A stretch of DNA of 64,000 bases from Felis catus (GCF_018350175.1 NC_058368.1:118236001-118300000), one strand, 5' to 3'. Positions 1-11,496 are shown, counted from the stretch's first letter. Program-made: numbers and translations. The notes: generated by a model not told the origin, from the sequence alone.

Positions 1-45
1 AGAAAAAGAAATTGAGCTTGTGGAAAAAAAAATTCCAGTGGTCTG

Positions 46-47
<2 letters not shown>

Positions 48-85
<38 letters not shown>
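48..85. repeat. (TA)n microsatellite
   Basis: Perfect TA run. Confidence 0.97.
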
Positions 86-89
<4 letters not shown>

Positions 90-1030
90 AAGACTTTTCT
101 TAGAATGTGTAAAGGTGTCTGCTTCTGCTTTGGGACTGAAAAAAAGGTGCCTGGAAAATTTTGATCTAGTCCATGGACTGTGTGATATTTAAAAAAAAAA
201 AAATGGTTATCCAGAAAACTCTCTTCTGTATAACCAGATAAGGAGTGAGTGGGAAGAGAGGGGCAGGGATCCCTCTGGCATCACATCCCACCAAGATGGG
301 AATACCCCACAGAGGGGAGTTTTTCTGCCCAAAGACCTGCCCTGCTCTCTGGCTTTGGCACCAGGGCCCAGCTCTGCCCACCTTGGTGATTCGAAAGCCG
401 TCTTGACTTTCAGCCCCAGCTAGTGGGGAACAAAGTGCCTTTACCATCAGGTGCCGAGTCATAGTAAACTAGAAACCGGAAGTCTGTACTGCCCCAGTAC
501 AAGGAGGCAGGAGGGATTGCACCCTAGAGGAGTCTGCCCTTTCTAAAGGGCTGCAAAGTAGGATTCCTTTGACCGGTGAACTCCCTTAGTGCCTTTAGGA
601 TGTGGTTTGATTTATAAATATTTGATTGGCACACACTTTGCTCAGGAACATTTCCATTTGTGTGGTGAGCACTGCCAGTAATCCTGCTCCTCACACAGCC
701 CTCCTGTGTGCTTGGGGAGGCCAGGGGGCGTTGGCCACAGAAGGCAGCAGATTGGGGATGCTCGTGAGCTTATTGTTCTTCTCCAGTTACTGGTGTAGAT
801 ATTCATCCCATCGGGGAACAAGTCATGTCCCCCTTCGCCTGAGAGGAGACTCCAGCAGAAAGAGCAGAATCAAACATGGAGCCCCTCCTTGCTTTGCCCA
901 AGACAGCACACTCGGCCAGAGAAGTTAGACAGGGCAGGCCTTGCTGGGCCAGGCGCTGGGCACATTTTTCCTACATGCCAGCCCTTGAGAGTTCCAAACC
1001 TAGATAGTCCCAGTGACACAGAGATGAAGA

Positions 1031-1110
1031 AAGGTAAGGTCAAGTAAGGAGGAAGGTCAAGTAAGCCTAGGGGTCAAGTAAGCCAGGAGGAGGGTCAAAT
1101 AGGCCTAGGG
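1031..1110. repeat. Short ~17-bp tandem repeat (GGTCAAGTAAG core, 4 copies)
   Basis: RGGTCA at 1037, 1054, 1071 and 1092. Confidence 0.8.
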
Positions 1111-1114
1111 ATGA

Positions 1115-1560
1115 TAAGGGTGATAAATAACATTTTTTGAGCACCTACTGTGTGCCTGGCAGTGTGTATAACATTTTTGAGCTTCCTACCTTCCTGTGAC
1201 ATGGGAACTATTGTCATCCTTGTTTTTAAAATGAAGAAATTGGGGCGCCTGGGTGGCTCAGTCGGTTAAGCGTCCGACTTCAGCTCAGGTCACGATCTCG
1301 TGGTCTGTGAGTTCGAGCCCCGCGTTGGGCTCTGGGCTGATGGCTCAGAGCCTGGAGCCTGCTTCCGATTCTGTGTCTCCCTCTCTCTCTGCCCCTCCCC
1401 CGTTCATGCTCTGTCTCTCTCTGTCTCAAAAATAAATAAACATTAACAAAAAAATTTTAAAAAAAATGAAGAAACTGAGGCATGTGGGGAAGTAACTTCC
1501 CCACGGTGACAAGGAACTAGTAGACAGGGACCTACATCTACACCTATCTGACCCACACGA
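1115..1560 (-). mobile_element. MIR SINE remnant interrupted by a CanSINE
   Basis: gagcacctactgtgtgcc ... atgaagaaactgaggc ... aagtaacttcccc MIR core. Confidence 0.7.
1242..1462 (+). mobile_element. CanSINE (SINEC_Fc)
   Basis: GGGGCGCCTGGGTGGCTCAGTCGGTTAAG head, (CT)n, A tail; TSD AAAATGAAGAAA. Confidence 0.95.
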
Positions 1561-1806
1561 CAGGCTTTGCAAATCCAGTATGTTTATTTGATCAGTTTGT
1601 GGGGCAAAACCACCATCACAGTATTGATGTCAATGGTGGTAGTGGTATGTGGAAAGAGACTTAGTCTTGGAAGAAGAAGCTATGGATCTGTGACAACCCT
1701 TCCCAGTTACTAGTTGGTCACAGGTCCTGTTAACTCAGTGTTTGCAGAGTGATGACAATTCATAACCTTGTGGGTTAAGTGGCAATGAACGAATCTAACA
1801 TAATGC

Positions 1807-2023
1807 GGGGCCCTGGGTGGCTCAGTTGGTTAAGGGTCCAACTTGGCTCAGGTCATGATCTCACGGTCTGTGAGTCTGAGCCCCGTGTTGGATTCTGTGC
1901 TGACAGCTCAGAGCCTGAGGCCTGCTTGGGATTCTGTGTCTCCCTCTCTGCTCCTCCCCCATTCGTGCTCTGTCTCTCTCTGTCTGTCAAAAATAAATAA
2001 ATGTGAAAAAAAATTAAAAAAAA
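1807..2023 (+). mobile_element. CanSINE
   Basis: tRNA-like head, CT tract, A tail; TSD GAATCTAACAyAATGC. Confidence 0.93.
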
Positions 2024-3799
2024 GAATCTAACACAATGCCTGGCATATATCACGAGCTCAATAGATATTTACTGAATATATTGTTGAATTTGAATTTATC
2101 TGCCACCAATACAATGCATTCACTCCTCAAATTAATATTTATTGGGCACTATACCAAATGCCATTCAACATACTAGATGGAAAATTGCAGTGTTGAGCTG
2201 TAAGAGACAAAGTCCCATCTTCAGGGAGCTCAGTTGGGGAGAAAACCATTCAATAATCACACAAACAAATGTGGAATTATAACTACAAGGAGATACGCAT
2301 GGTACAAGGCACTCCTCAAATGTCCTGTGTCTGAAATGGAACCGGTCATCCTTCTCTGTGCCTGTTCCCTCCAGGATCCTCCCTCTCATGGTGACACCAC
2401 TCTACTCATCTTCCAAAGAAAATCGCAGGGAGTCCCCATGGATCTTCCTGCAATTTAATGTCCCTTCCCTTGTCTCATGGTCTGCAGCTTTTATTCTGTG
2501 CCTGGCTTTCCTAGAATGGCAGTGTAACAGATGTTCACAGCCTATAGTGATGATTGCCTACGACCACGATTTGAGGAGTTGTAATGGGATAAACCAAAAT
2601 CATCTTCTCTATGGGCCAGAGATTCCCACCAGTGGGGACAGTTTACTCAGAGCTACATTACACTGGCCTGTGCACAAGCATCCTTTGTAGGTTTATACCA
2701 CTCCAAGAAAGGGTTTGTGTCAGGTACTTGGAAATTTACTCTCCTGGAGGTAGGAAGAAGAAAAGTTTTGAAAATATCCCAATTTTTCCCAGGGCAGATC
2801 CGCTGAATGGGGACAAAGAGAAGCTATGAAAAGGGTTATTTTTTACCTTGTAGAGCTGGAAGGCATATGGTTCTATTTTGTATGATTTATGTAGATTTGT
2901 TTCAATATTTGATTGGCTTTTAGAAATATTCTTTCCAATGGAAGTCTTAGAGTATAGCTCTATACCTGTGACCACAATGTCTAGTCATGTTCAAACTAAT
3001 GGGAGGGAGTATCTGTGCTAATCGTTTAGCCAGGGTCATCCCACTCTGTCCAGCCCTGCCTGTCCAGATCAGATTGATTCAGAATAACCCTTGGCATGAA
3101 GATGGACAGTGTCAGTACCGCCACTGGGCAGTAGAGGGCGACAGAACCACACCCAGTGGGTATATCCACACCAGGGAGTCCTCTTGCCTGTAGGACTTTT
3201 CAGCCTTGTCAGGCACACAAGTGATTTTATTCCCATTCCATGGGTGAGGAAGCTGAGTCTCAATATTTTCCCCAAGATTACACAGTTGGGAACCCTGGAG
3301 ACATCTAAATTTCTAGACGGGAGAGGATGGTTGGAAGGGTCCTTGGGTTGAGGGACTTGACATTTATTTTGCAGAGCATTTTATGCAAACTGGAGAGAAT
3401 GGTCATTGTTTAGTACTGCAACTGACAGCGTGGGAATATGAATCCGCGCTTTCTGACTCTAAATCTAGGCCCCCCTAAGTCTCTTCAGAGAGTTATGTGG
3501 ATTATCCCATTCTCCAGGCATTGACAGGTACAGGGATGGATTTCTGCTTACTCACCCCACATACTCTGATTTCTGTCCTTCTTAGTGCTTGTTCTTAGTT
3601 CTAGAGTAAATAAATAGGCCAATACAACTCTGCATTTTGCCAGAGAGACCTTGAATCAAAACCGGAATCTAGACCATTGGCCTTCCTGGGAGACAATGTT
3701 ATAGAAGTGATGAAAGGAAGGTCCTGAAATGTTATACTGTATTTCCACATGCTGTGGGTTGAGCATCTGGAAGTCCCAGTGACGGTGATGACAACAGCA

Positions 3800-3985
3800 G
3801 CAATAGTGACCGCCGTGTGCTGTTACCCTGAGCCACGCACTGTGCCAGCCACTTTCCTTAGATTATCTCATTTCATCCTCCCAAGGAACCTGGGAGGCAA
3901 GTAATATTATTCTTATTTTACAAGTGAGAAAAGGGAGGCCAGAAAGCTTACGTAACTAGCCCAAGTTCACTTGGCAAAGAGTCGA
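3800..3985 (-). mobile_element. MIR SINE remnant
   Basis: attatctcatttcatcctc...attttacaagtgagaaa...taactagcccaag. Confidence 0.65.
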
Positions 3986-4386
3986 CCCAGCATTGCCTGG
4001 AAGTCGCCCTCCTCACACATGCCTCCCATTTTCTTGTGCTACATTCCAAGGGTTCCTGACATTGTAGGTCAGGGGGCCGAACTCAGAGCACATTCAGAAG
4101 TTGTCCCCATGTTACATGCCCAGAATGCAATCCATAATGCTAATGATAGATGACAACAGTGAAGTCGCATGCCATTTGTACTAAAATTCCAGTACTTGGA
4201 ATAAGTCCTAATTGTTGCATCTTGTTTTCTCAGATTTCAAGATTTCCCAGAAAAGCCAGCCTAACCCTGAGGAATACATCATCATGGTTGTCTTTCCCTT
4301 GGGATTCTGAGCACCAGAGAGCATCCCCATTGGTTCAGAAAACGGGTAAGATTTATCAGAAACATTTAAAACCCCAGAGGAATTAT

Positions 4387-4612
4387 GAGGCGCCTGGATG
4401 GCTCAGTAGGTTAAGTGTCCGACTCTTGATTTCTGCTCAGGTCATGATCTCATGGTGCGTGGGTTCGAGCCCCACGTTGGGCTCCACGCAGATGGTGCAG
4501 AGCCTGCTTGGGGTTCTCTCTCTCTGCCCCTCCCCAACTTGAGCGTGCTTTCTCTCCCTCTCTCTCAAAATAAATAAATAAATTTAAAAAACAAAACAAA
4601 CAAAAAAAAACA
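4387..4612 (+). mobile_element. CanSINE
   Basis: Head, CT tract, A-rich tail; TSD AACCCCAGAGGAATTA. Confidence 0.93.
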
Positions 4613-6117
4613 ACCCCAGAGGAATTAAAGCTTCTTTCCCTGTGCTGTGTGGGGCAGATCACATGAATTCTATAGCTTGCCTCACACAGTGGACTACAGT
4701 CTAAGTCCATTTGTTTGCAGTAAATGTTGCTTATATATACGTTTGACATACTAAGTAGAGTCTTTTTTGACTCGCTCTGGTGCCTCGTTTTCATCAAATA
4801 TAAGGCATTCACTAGGCCTATTTGACGACAAACCACCAAAACAAAACTCCTCAAAAGTCTAATCCTGCGGGTGCAGGCCTCAACATCAGTTTTCTTGCTC
4901 TTTATCTCAAGGGTCTGCCTGGTGGTTGGGAAGGAAGAGACAATGCCTTCTGGTCCATACGTGCTGGCTTCCAACCCCGTGACCTTTGCATCTGAGAGTA
5001 GCATGAGCACCACATGAGGTGGTCATCTGTGCTTACGGCCTGCAGCCTTTGGCACATATTACATGAATCATGAAGACTCTCTGGTATATAAACCATCACA
5101 TCAAAGCCAGTATTTTGCATTCTGTTTTAAAGCTAGTTCTGCAGAACCTTACTTTCTACCTGGGCTGTGATTATGTACCTCCTGGTTTCCTCTACGCCTT
5201 TCTTCCCGTGATTCACAGGGTGTTTTACCCGTTAGATCGCTGACCCTCTACGCAGGAACTAGGTCTGGCTTTTGGCGTCTCTACAGCAGCTAATGCTTCA
5301 GGGGTGCTCAGGGAATCCCTGCTAACATCACAGCAGGACGCAGGCACCTAATACCAAACAAGCACACCACTCACCGCAAGAAGTACTAAAGCAGAAGGGA
5401 AAGATTTTTATCCTTGGGTAGTCAGGAAGACTCTTTTCTCTAAAGTCATACCTCCATTTACCAGCACCATCCGAGAGCTAAGCTGGCAGGAAAGCCCAGA
5501 AGAGATGCTCGGCATTTGGCTTCAGCTGTTCCCGCTCTCCAGTTTCTCTAAGGTCTGGAGAATGACTTTACCTCTCCCGGTTACCACAACCACATCTGCA
5601 TGATCTGCAGAGCGAAAGCTGCATAATTTATGATGTGCAAGACTGTGATTATGAACTAGGATCTCACAAATCAAGCTCAGTGGAAACATAACCTGGAGAG
5701 TCCGTTCCCATGAAACTGAGCCCGCGTCTGTGTGTGGGGTTGACTGCCCCCGCCCCAGGTGGCCCTTCCTGTCGTAGAGCAGGCAGGGTCCTACCCGGCC
5801 TTGGGGGCCAGGCCTTTCTTCACTAAATTACAGAAACCCCGAAGAGCCGAACCCTGGCAGCTACATCTGATCTCAAAGCAGTTGTGTGAGGTCAACAGGC
5901 CATCCTTTTACAGTCTTGAAATAGGACCCCTTTAGGTAGGCTGTAGCTCTCACAGCTCCTTATTTTCCACACCTAGGCCCTGTGCACATTTATGTCACCC
6001 TGCCTGAACAGAACCTTGGAGAAAAGGGTACCCGTTCCCAGAGATCCTCCCTTCTCGCGTCCTTGACTAAGAAAGACACCAGGAAGGTCTGGGGCTACAA
6101 GAGAAATGGGTGCTTAC

Positions 6118-6286
6118 TGTGCTGGTCGCTCCTGTCCCTCGTCCCATCCACTGTGCCATCTGGAAGGATCCTCAGGAAGTGGCCCCCGTTGCTACAGTAG
6201 AGGAGTTTGGGTTTCTTGTAATTCCCTGGAGGCAGATTGAACTTCTCCGTCAGGGCCGTGAAGGTTGTGATTTCCCCTTCAGCCAT
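6118..6286 (-). CDS. FGF1: Fibroblast growth factor 1 (acidic FGF), first coding exon (56 codons + 1 nt, phase-1 donor); remaining exons lie outside the window toward lower coordinates
   Basis: Translates [56 protein letters not shown], the recognised FGF1 N-terminus including the NYKKPKL NLS. Kozak GCCATGG. Donor CACA|GTAAGC at 6118/6117. Confidence 0.98.
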
Positions 6287-6345
6287 GGCTCAGCGGCTGC
6301 TGCTTAGGGTGTGCTTTCAAGGCTGTAAAAAATTAGACAACCCTA
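6287..6345 (-). other. FGF1: FGF1 common splice acceptor and 36-nt 5'UTR portion of the first coding exon (exon starts at 6322)
   Basis: Minus strand TTGTCTAATTTTTTACAG|CCTTGAAAGCACACCCTAAGCAGCAGCCGCTGAGCC-ATG, resembling the human shared acceptor about 34 nt before the ATG (recalled). Confidence 0.85.
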
Positions 6346-7260
6346 TAGAGTGTCCCACCAGCCAAGGTGCTGCGTCCCCTTTCGAGACGGGAAGGAGAGC
6401 CTCGGGCACAGGGCCCCTGCTCGGTTAGTAAACCACAAACTGCCCAGGCGATGCCCACAGCAAACGGGTCTGTGCGGTGGGCAGTGGTTAAGGAAGAAAG
6501 GTCTCTGGCATGGGAGGGATTTTCAGGACATTTCTTACTTCCCAATTGGCCACGGCTTTGGACAAAGCCGTGCATTTTTTAGAACTTCAAATTTAATCAT
6601 TTGGCCAAGGGAAAAAAAAAAAATAATGTTTTGGTCCCTCCTGATCCACACACATCCTCAAATTAAACACTGAAGTTGTACTAAAATAACACCTGGGTTC
6701 TGGCTGAAACCCACGAAAGCCGAGAGGCCAGCACTGAGGTTTTGCTCTTCTCCTCCCGCTGTGTGGGCTGGGGACTGCCTGCCCCGTGTTCGCAGATAGC
6801 TCAGATAGCCCGACTGTTTGGGACCTGTAGGAAAAGGTACGGAAGGGCCCTCAGACCGCCCGCCATAGAGACGGCCAAGGGTTCACCTGTAACGGCAAAT
6901 TCTGGATTTGCTGGTGGGAACAGAACCAGAACCAGGGAGCAAACACTTGGGGGTGTTATGCGGGATTTTGAAGGGCAGACACTGTCCCAAAGGAAACTTT
7001 ATGAGACAGATCTTTTGGAGGTTCTGCCAGTGATTGCCTGCTTCCTCGGCTTTCCATACATTCTCATGTCACATAGAGACGGTAGGTCTGGCCCTTGTAC
7101 AAAAGCCAGCTTCATTTTAAGTATTTGCTAATGAGACATCCTTAGTGTGACACAGAAACCATCATATTGCACATTATAATCCTCTAAGATTGTATACACC
7201 CACTATAGAGAGACTTATAGTATCAATGTTAAAACACCCAGTGACATGAATCTAAGTTTT

Positions 7261-7497
7261 ATTTATTTATTTATTAAAAAAATTTTTTTTTCAACGTTTT
7301 TTATTTATTTTTGGGACAGAGAGAGACAGAGCATGAACGGGGGAGGGGCAGAGAGAGAGGGAGACACAGCATCGAAAACAGGCTCCAGGCTCCGAGCCAT
7401 CAGCCCAGAGCCTGACGCGGGGCTCGAACTCACGGACCGCGAGATCGTGACCTGGCTGAAGTCAGACGCTTAACCGACTGCGCCACCCAGGCGCCCC
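7261..7497 (-). mobile_element. Young felid CanSINE (SINEC_Fc)
   Basis: CpG-rich, near-consensus copy; perfect TSD TGAATCTAAGTTTT. Confidence 0.96.
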
Positions 7498-7528
7498 TGA
7501 ATCTAAGTTTTAAAAGGCCAAACTAATA

Positions 7529-7741
7529 GGGGCGCCTGGGTGGCTCACTCAGTTAAGCCTCTGACTTCTGCTCAGGTCATGATCTCATGGTTCGTGGGTT
7601 CAAGCCCCACGTTAGGCTCTGTGCTGACAGTTCAGAGCCTGGAGCCTGGTCTGGATTCTGTGTCTCCCTCTCTCTCTCTGCCCCTTCCCTGCTCACGCTC
7701 TGTCTCTCCTGCTCTCAAAAATAAATTAAGAAGATTTTTTT
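7529..7741 (+). mobile_element. CanSINE
   Basis: Head GGGGCGCCTGGGTGGCTC; TSD approx. GCCArACTAATA. Confidence 0.93.
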
Positions 7742-8941
7742 AAAGCCAGACTAATAAACAGAATTTTAAAACATCTACTTGTCCCACCATTTAGGAGAAC
7801 AAAGTGCTGGTGATTCCAAGGACACACAAGGAAGAGGCGAAAAAGAGCCGGGGAACTAGTGCGGGAACTTCCTTACAAGTGTGAGTAGGTCCTGATTGCA
7901 CACACTGATTATTGAGTGGCCTCATAATGGTAGTGATCATCATCATTAACATTAACTTGTAATCCGGGCTATAAGGTAACTCCTATAACCTTCATTATTA
8001 CTCTTTGAGACAGACACTCATTATCCCCATTTTTTTGTAAAATGACACCAGAGCTTATAGACATTCGATGGCCCGTCCAAGGTCAACAGCTACTGGGTGG
8101 TGGGAGCTGAGCCTCAAAAGGGGTGTGTTGAAACAAAACCATCACTTGCCCTTCACACCAGGAAAAGGTGAAGTGACTTCACTGATATTGCAGTGTCATT
8201 GCCAGAAGTGGGATTTTTACCCACAGTCTGGCACATACATCTGCCCCCATGAGTTCATTATTCATTACGTTATTCGTTTGTGGTCCAGATATTGGCCATC
8301 ACCACCAACACCCTCCACTTTTGTCCCTGTCAACCTTACAGTGGGACTCCAGGCATCTCCTCATTTCCCAGGAGACCCTACATCACCAGGGAACACTGTG
8401 AACTTCGCGGAAGGCCTGCCAGCCTCCCGCATCCCCTGAAGTAACCATCCATCCATCCATCCATCCATCCCCAGAGCAACCTCATAGAGTTGCTCATGTG
8501 GAAGGCAATTCCATCATAAACTGAGACAACAATTTGAGTAATTTGTCCTGGTGACTTTGGAATTGGGGTTCATGCTGGAAGCATCTCATTGTTTCTTTTG
8601 CTCCAGGCATTTTAACATCTGTGGTACGTGTCTTCCAGTCTGTACTCACGTGAGCTCATTACTGTCCCCACTTCCAGCCATGGTTTGCCGTCCCTCTGAG
8701 TACCCCCAAAGGGAATTTTGCATACACTATATAAACTATGTTTAAAGTCAAGCCATCTCAAATATCCTCTTCACATGTGGCGAAACTCTGTCCAGCTCAT
8801 TTCAGATAATACAGTAACAGATTGAAAATGTTACTTACATCCACAGACTTTATCTCCTGTGGCACCTTGCTTTTGCTTCCCAAACCCACATTCTCTCTTC
8901 CAAACCCTTCTTATTCATCCACAAGCCTCTACATCTCTGGG

Positions 8942-8942
<1 letters not shown>

Positions 8943-8983
<41 letters not shown>
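8943..8983. repeat. (CT)n microsatellite
   Basis: CT run. Confidence 0.95.
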
Positions 8984-8991
<8 letters not shown>

Positions 8992-9629
8992 CTTTTTCTG
9001 CTCAGCCCTTCTTCACCCAGCTTCTCAAGCTCCCTCTCATTCCACTCGCTTCTGGATCCCCTTTTGATATAAAGTTCTTTAGCTCTTTCCAGCTTTGACA
9101 TCCTCACCCGTCACCTCTCCATTGACATGCAACCGTGATCAGTTCCCCGTTCCTTCAAGTACAGCCAAGAGATAAAAAAGATTTTTTGTTCCTTTTCTCC
9201 CCCCAAGCACTTGCTAAGTTGTCTACTTAATTTGGTACAGGAGAAAATAATTATATATTGGTGGATATATATTTGCCGTTTAACTGTACAAATAGCCATT
9301 CATGTTGTCAGTCTTGGGGGGATGGACTTTGGTTTCTTGTTGTCCCTGGGTTTCCTCAAGTGGAGGTCTCCATGGGCCCCTGACTGTGCATCAGGTGCAA
9401 GTGAAGGATGGCTTCCCTTCTAGATCCAGCGCCGGCGGGGAGTCTCCGTTAAGTTGTCGTCTAAGTGTTGGGTACAGATTTGGCTGTATCCATTTGCATT
9501 CGTGCTTCCAGCCCTTTGGGATGAACGGGAACAGATACAGCAGAAGGCCCCTGTGGGTAGAGGCAGCAGCCGTGGCCAGGGATTGTCCCACGCTCACGTG
9601 CTCATGTGTGTATCAGCCATGCAGCGTAG

Positions 9630-9870
9630 ACTTCACCGCTGTGGAGCTCTCCCCAGGTTAGCAACCTCGGCCAGAGACCAGCAGGCCCTCAGGTGTCCCT
9701 TCCTTTCCATCACAGTGCCATCTGCTGTTATAAAGCCACGATTCTGCTCTTTGCCCGCTCCCCGCCGACCTCCACCACCAGTAAGAGGGACAGTAGTGGG
9801 GGTGGCTGTACTAATTTCAGATTGCTCCCATGACTCTGCAGTTCACATCCATATCTGGAAACCTGAAGGG
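9630..9870 (-). promoter_or_regulatory. Candidate proximal alternative FGF1 promoter / untranslated first exon (1D/1G-like)
   Basis: Apparently repeat-free. CArG-like CCATATCTGG at 9849-9858, GC-rich boxes at 9753-9780, TATA-like TTATAAAG at 9728-9735, donor-like sites at 9636 and 9597. Confidence 0.45.
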
Positions 9871-10013
9871 GGGACGTGTTAACTCCTGAAAATAAGCTTT
9901 GAGTCAACCTGAAGCTGATAGTCTATGGCAGTGGCATCTTTGAATCAGCTGAAACATACAAAAAGTAAAATCCCTTTTTGTTGCTGAAGGAAACCCCAGA
10001 GGCACAAAAAGGC

Positions 10014-10014
10014 C

Positions 10015-10057
<43 letters not shown>

Positions 10058-10059
10058 TT
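10014..10059. repeat. (TTTA)n microsatellite
   Basis: About 11 TTTA units. Confidence 0.95.
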
Positions 10060-11009
10060 GGCTCTGTTTACAGTTTACCTACATTTGAGGCAGTCGTTAG
10101 TCCTCATTTCCTTGCCTCTTCAGGATTTGTTAGAAGATAGGGATAAAAGAAATCTATGACATGATTAAGCAACAGCCTTCGTGGGCCCTTGGGGGTTTTC
10201 ACAAATTGCTCTAATAAATGAGTCCATTAACTACATGAAATCAGGCATTAAGCCTAATGGAAATTTATAAATTCTGCTTCTTGTTATTATTCTTTTTTTG
10301 TTGGCTGTCAGGGGTATATCTGTGTATATTTGTTGGGACATGGAAAAAATCAAGCCCAGTGGACTTCTTGTCATCGCTGTGTGCTAAGCCCAGCCCTTTG
10401 AGATTTGGGGCACCAGTGAGATTTAGGGGAAAAGCCGGAAGATTCTCTTGACTTATCAGTGACACCAAAGTAAGGGCAACACGAAGCGTATTAGAACATC
10501 CGTGGTAAGGCTGGCATATTTTGTCATCTGTAACCACTCAAAGAGAACCTAAACTGACACGTGTCTGAAGGGTTAATAATCTTTCACAGTATTCATAACA
10601 GCACTTAGAAAAATGTGATGTGACCTATAAGAGATGTGAATCACTGGTTATGTTGAACTGGTTGAAGCCTGGTGTGGTCTAGGTCAGCTGCCACTGAATG
10701 CTTCGTTTAAAATAATTTTTCAATTGGAATGAAAATAGAAGTTTTCATTCTCTCTCATATTTGAGAGAAATTGTTTAAGCTCTTTCCTCCATCATTTAAG
10801 CCACAAACATAGCAGAGGGGATGAAGGAGGTAAAGGTAAGCTATGGTTATGTAAGAGAGAATCCAGGCCATTTCAGACTCAGTTCTCAGCTCATCAAGAG
10901 TTGTTGAAAGGACACTTATCAAGTCCCCGATTTAGGAGACGTGTGTTCAGTTTGGCCCTGGAAACTAAGCTAACAGAAAAAATTTAGGGTTCTAAGGATC
11001 CAGGAAAGG

Positions 11010-11168
11010 CAGTTGTGGGGAAGAGCAGGTAGAGAGGGAGACACAGAATCTGAAACAGGCTCCAGGCTCTGAGCTGTCAGCACAGAGCATGACGTGGGGT
11101 CGAACCCACAGACGGTGAGATCATGACATGCAGTCGGCCCCTTAACTGACTGAGCCACCCAGGCGCCC
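11010..11168 (-). mobile_element. Truncated CanSINE (no tail, internal deletion)
   Basis: gagacacagaatctgaaacaggctcc...gagccacccaggcgccc. Confidence 0.85.
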
Positions 11169-11496
11169 AGGGTTTTTTTTAAATTTTAACCCCTGTCACT
11201 GCTTAAATAATGCAGAATACCCATGAAAGGGAATATTTTACAAATATTCTACCAAATGTGTAATGCTACCAAAGGTAGATGTATAGACATCTGTCAAGAT
11301 GATGATTGGATAAGTGTCCTCTGACCAAGCATATGTAAAATAGGTCTCACTTTTGGTTCCAAATAGGCTCTAAGTCCTTGCTCCCTGTCTCCATCAGTGG
11401 CATCACCCAGAAGCATTAACTCTTAGAGATGTTAATTAACCTTACATTTTATTGAGTCACATATGCATGTTAAATGTTAAGAGTAACCACTAAAAA

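Noticed and set aside
1031..1110. CRISPR-like repeat-spacer array
   Set aside because: Eukaryotic DNA, 11-bp repeats with 6-10-bp related spacers, and no cas genes. It is a simple minisatellite.
1242..1325. tRNA genes (A-box/B-box motifs TGGCTCAGTCGG, GTTCGAGCC)
   Set aside because: These are the tRNA-derived heads of SINEs, followed by CT tracts, A tails and TSDs.
1253..1435. Recurring ORF family MAQSVKRPTSAQV...LSLSQK (also at 7540, 22060, 42925, 53113, 56888 etc.)
   Set aside because: These are translations of CanSINE consensus sequence, not a gene family.
6095..6117. ORF-track extension ...[10 protein letters not shown] as a complete 63-aa protein
   Set aside because: It is read-through past the canonical GTAAGC donor. 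FGF1 continues in exon 2, outside the window.
1..6117. FGF1 coding exons 2 and 3
   Set aside because: No IQLQLSAES- or ENHYNTY-like coding sequence is seen on the minus strand, so the intron extends beyond the window start.
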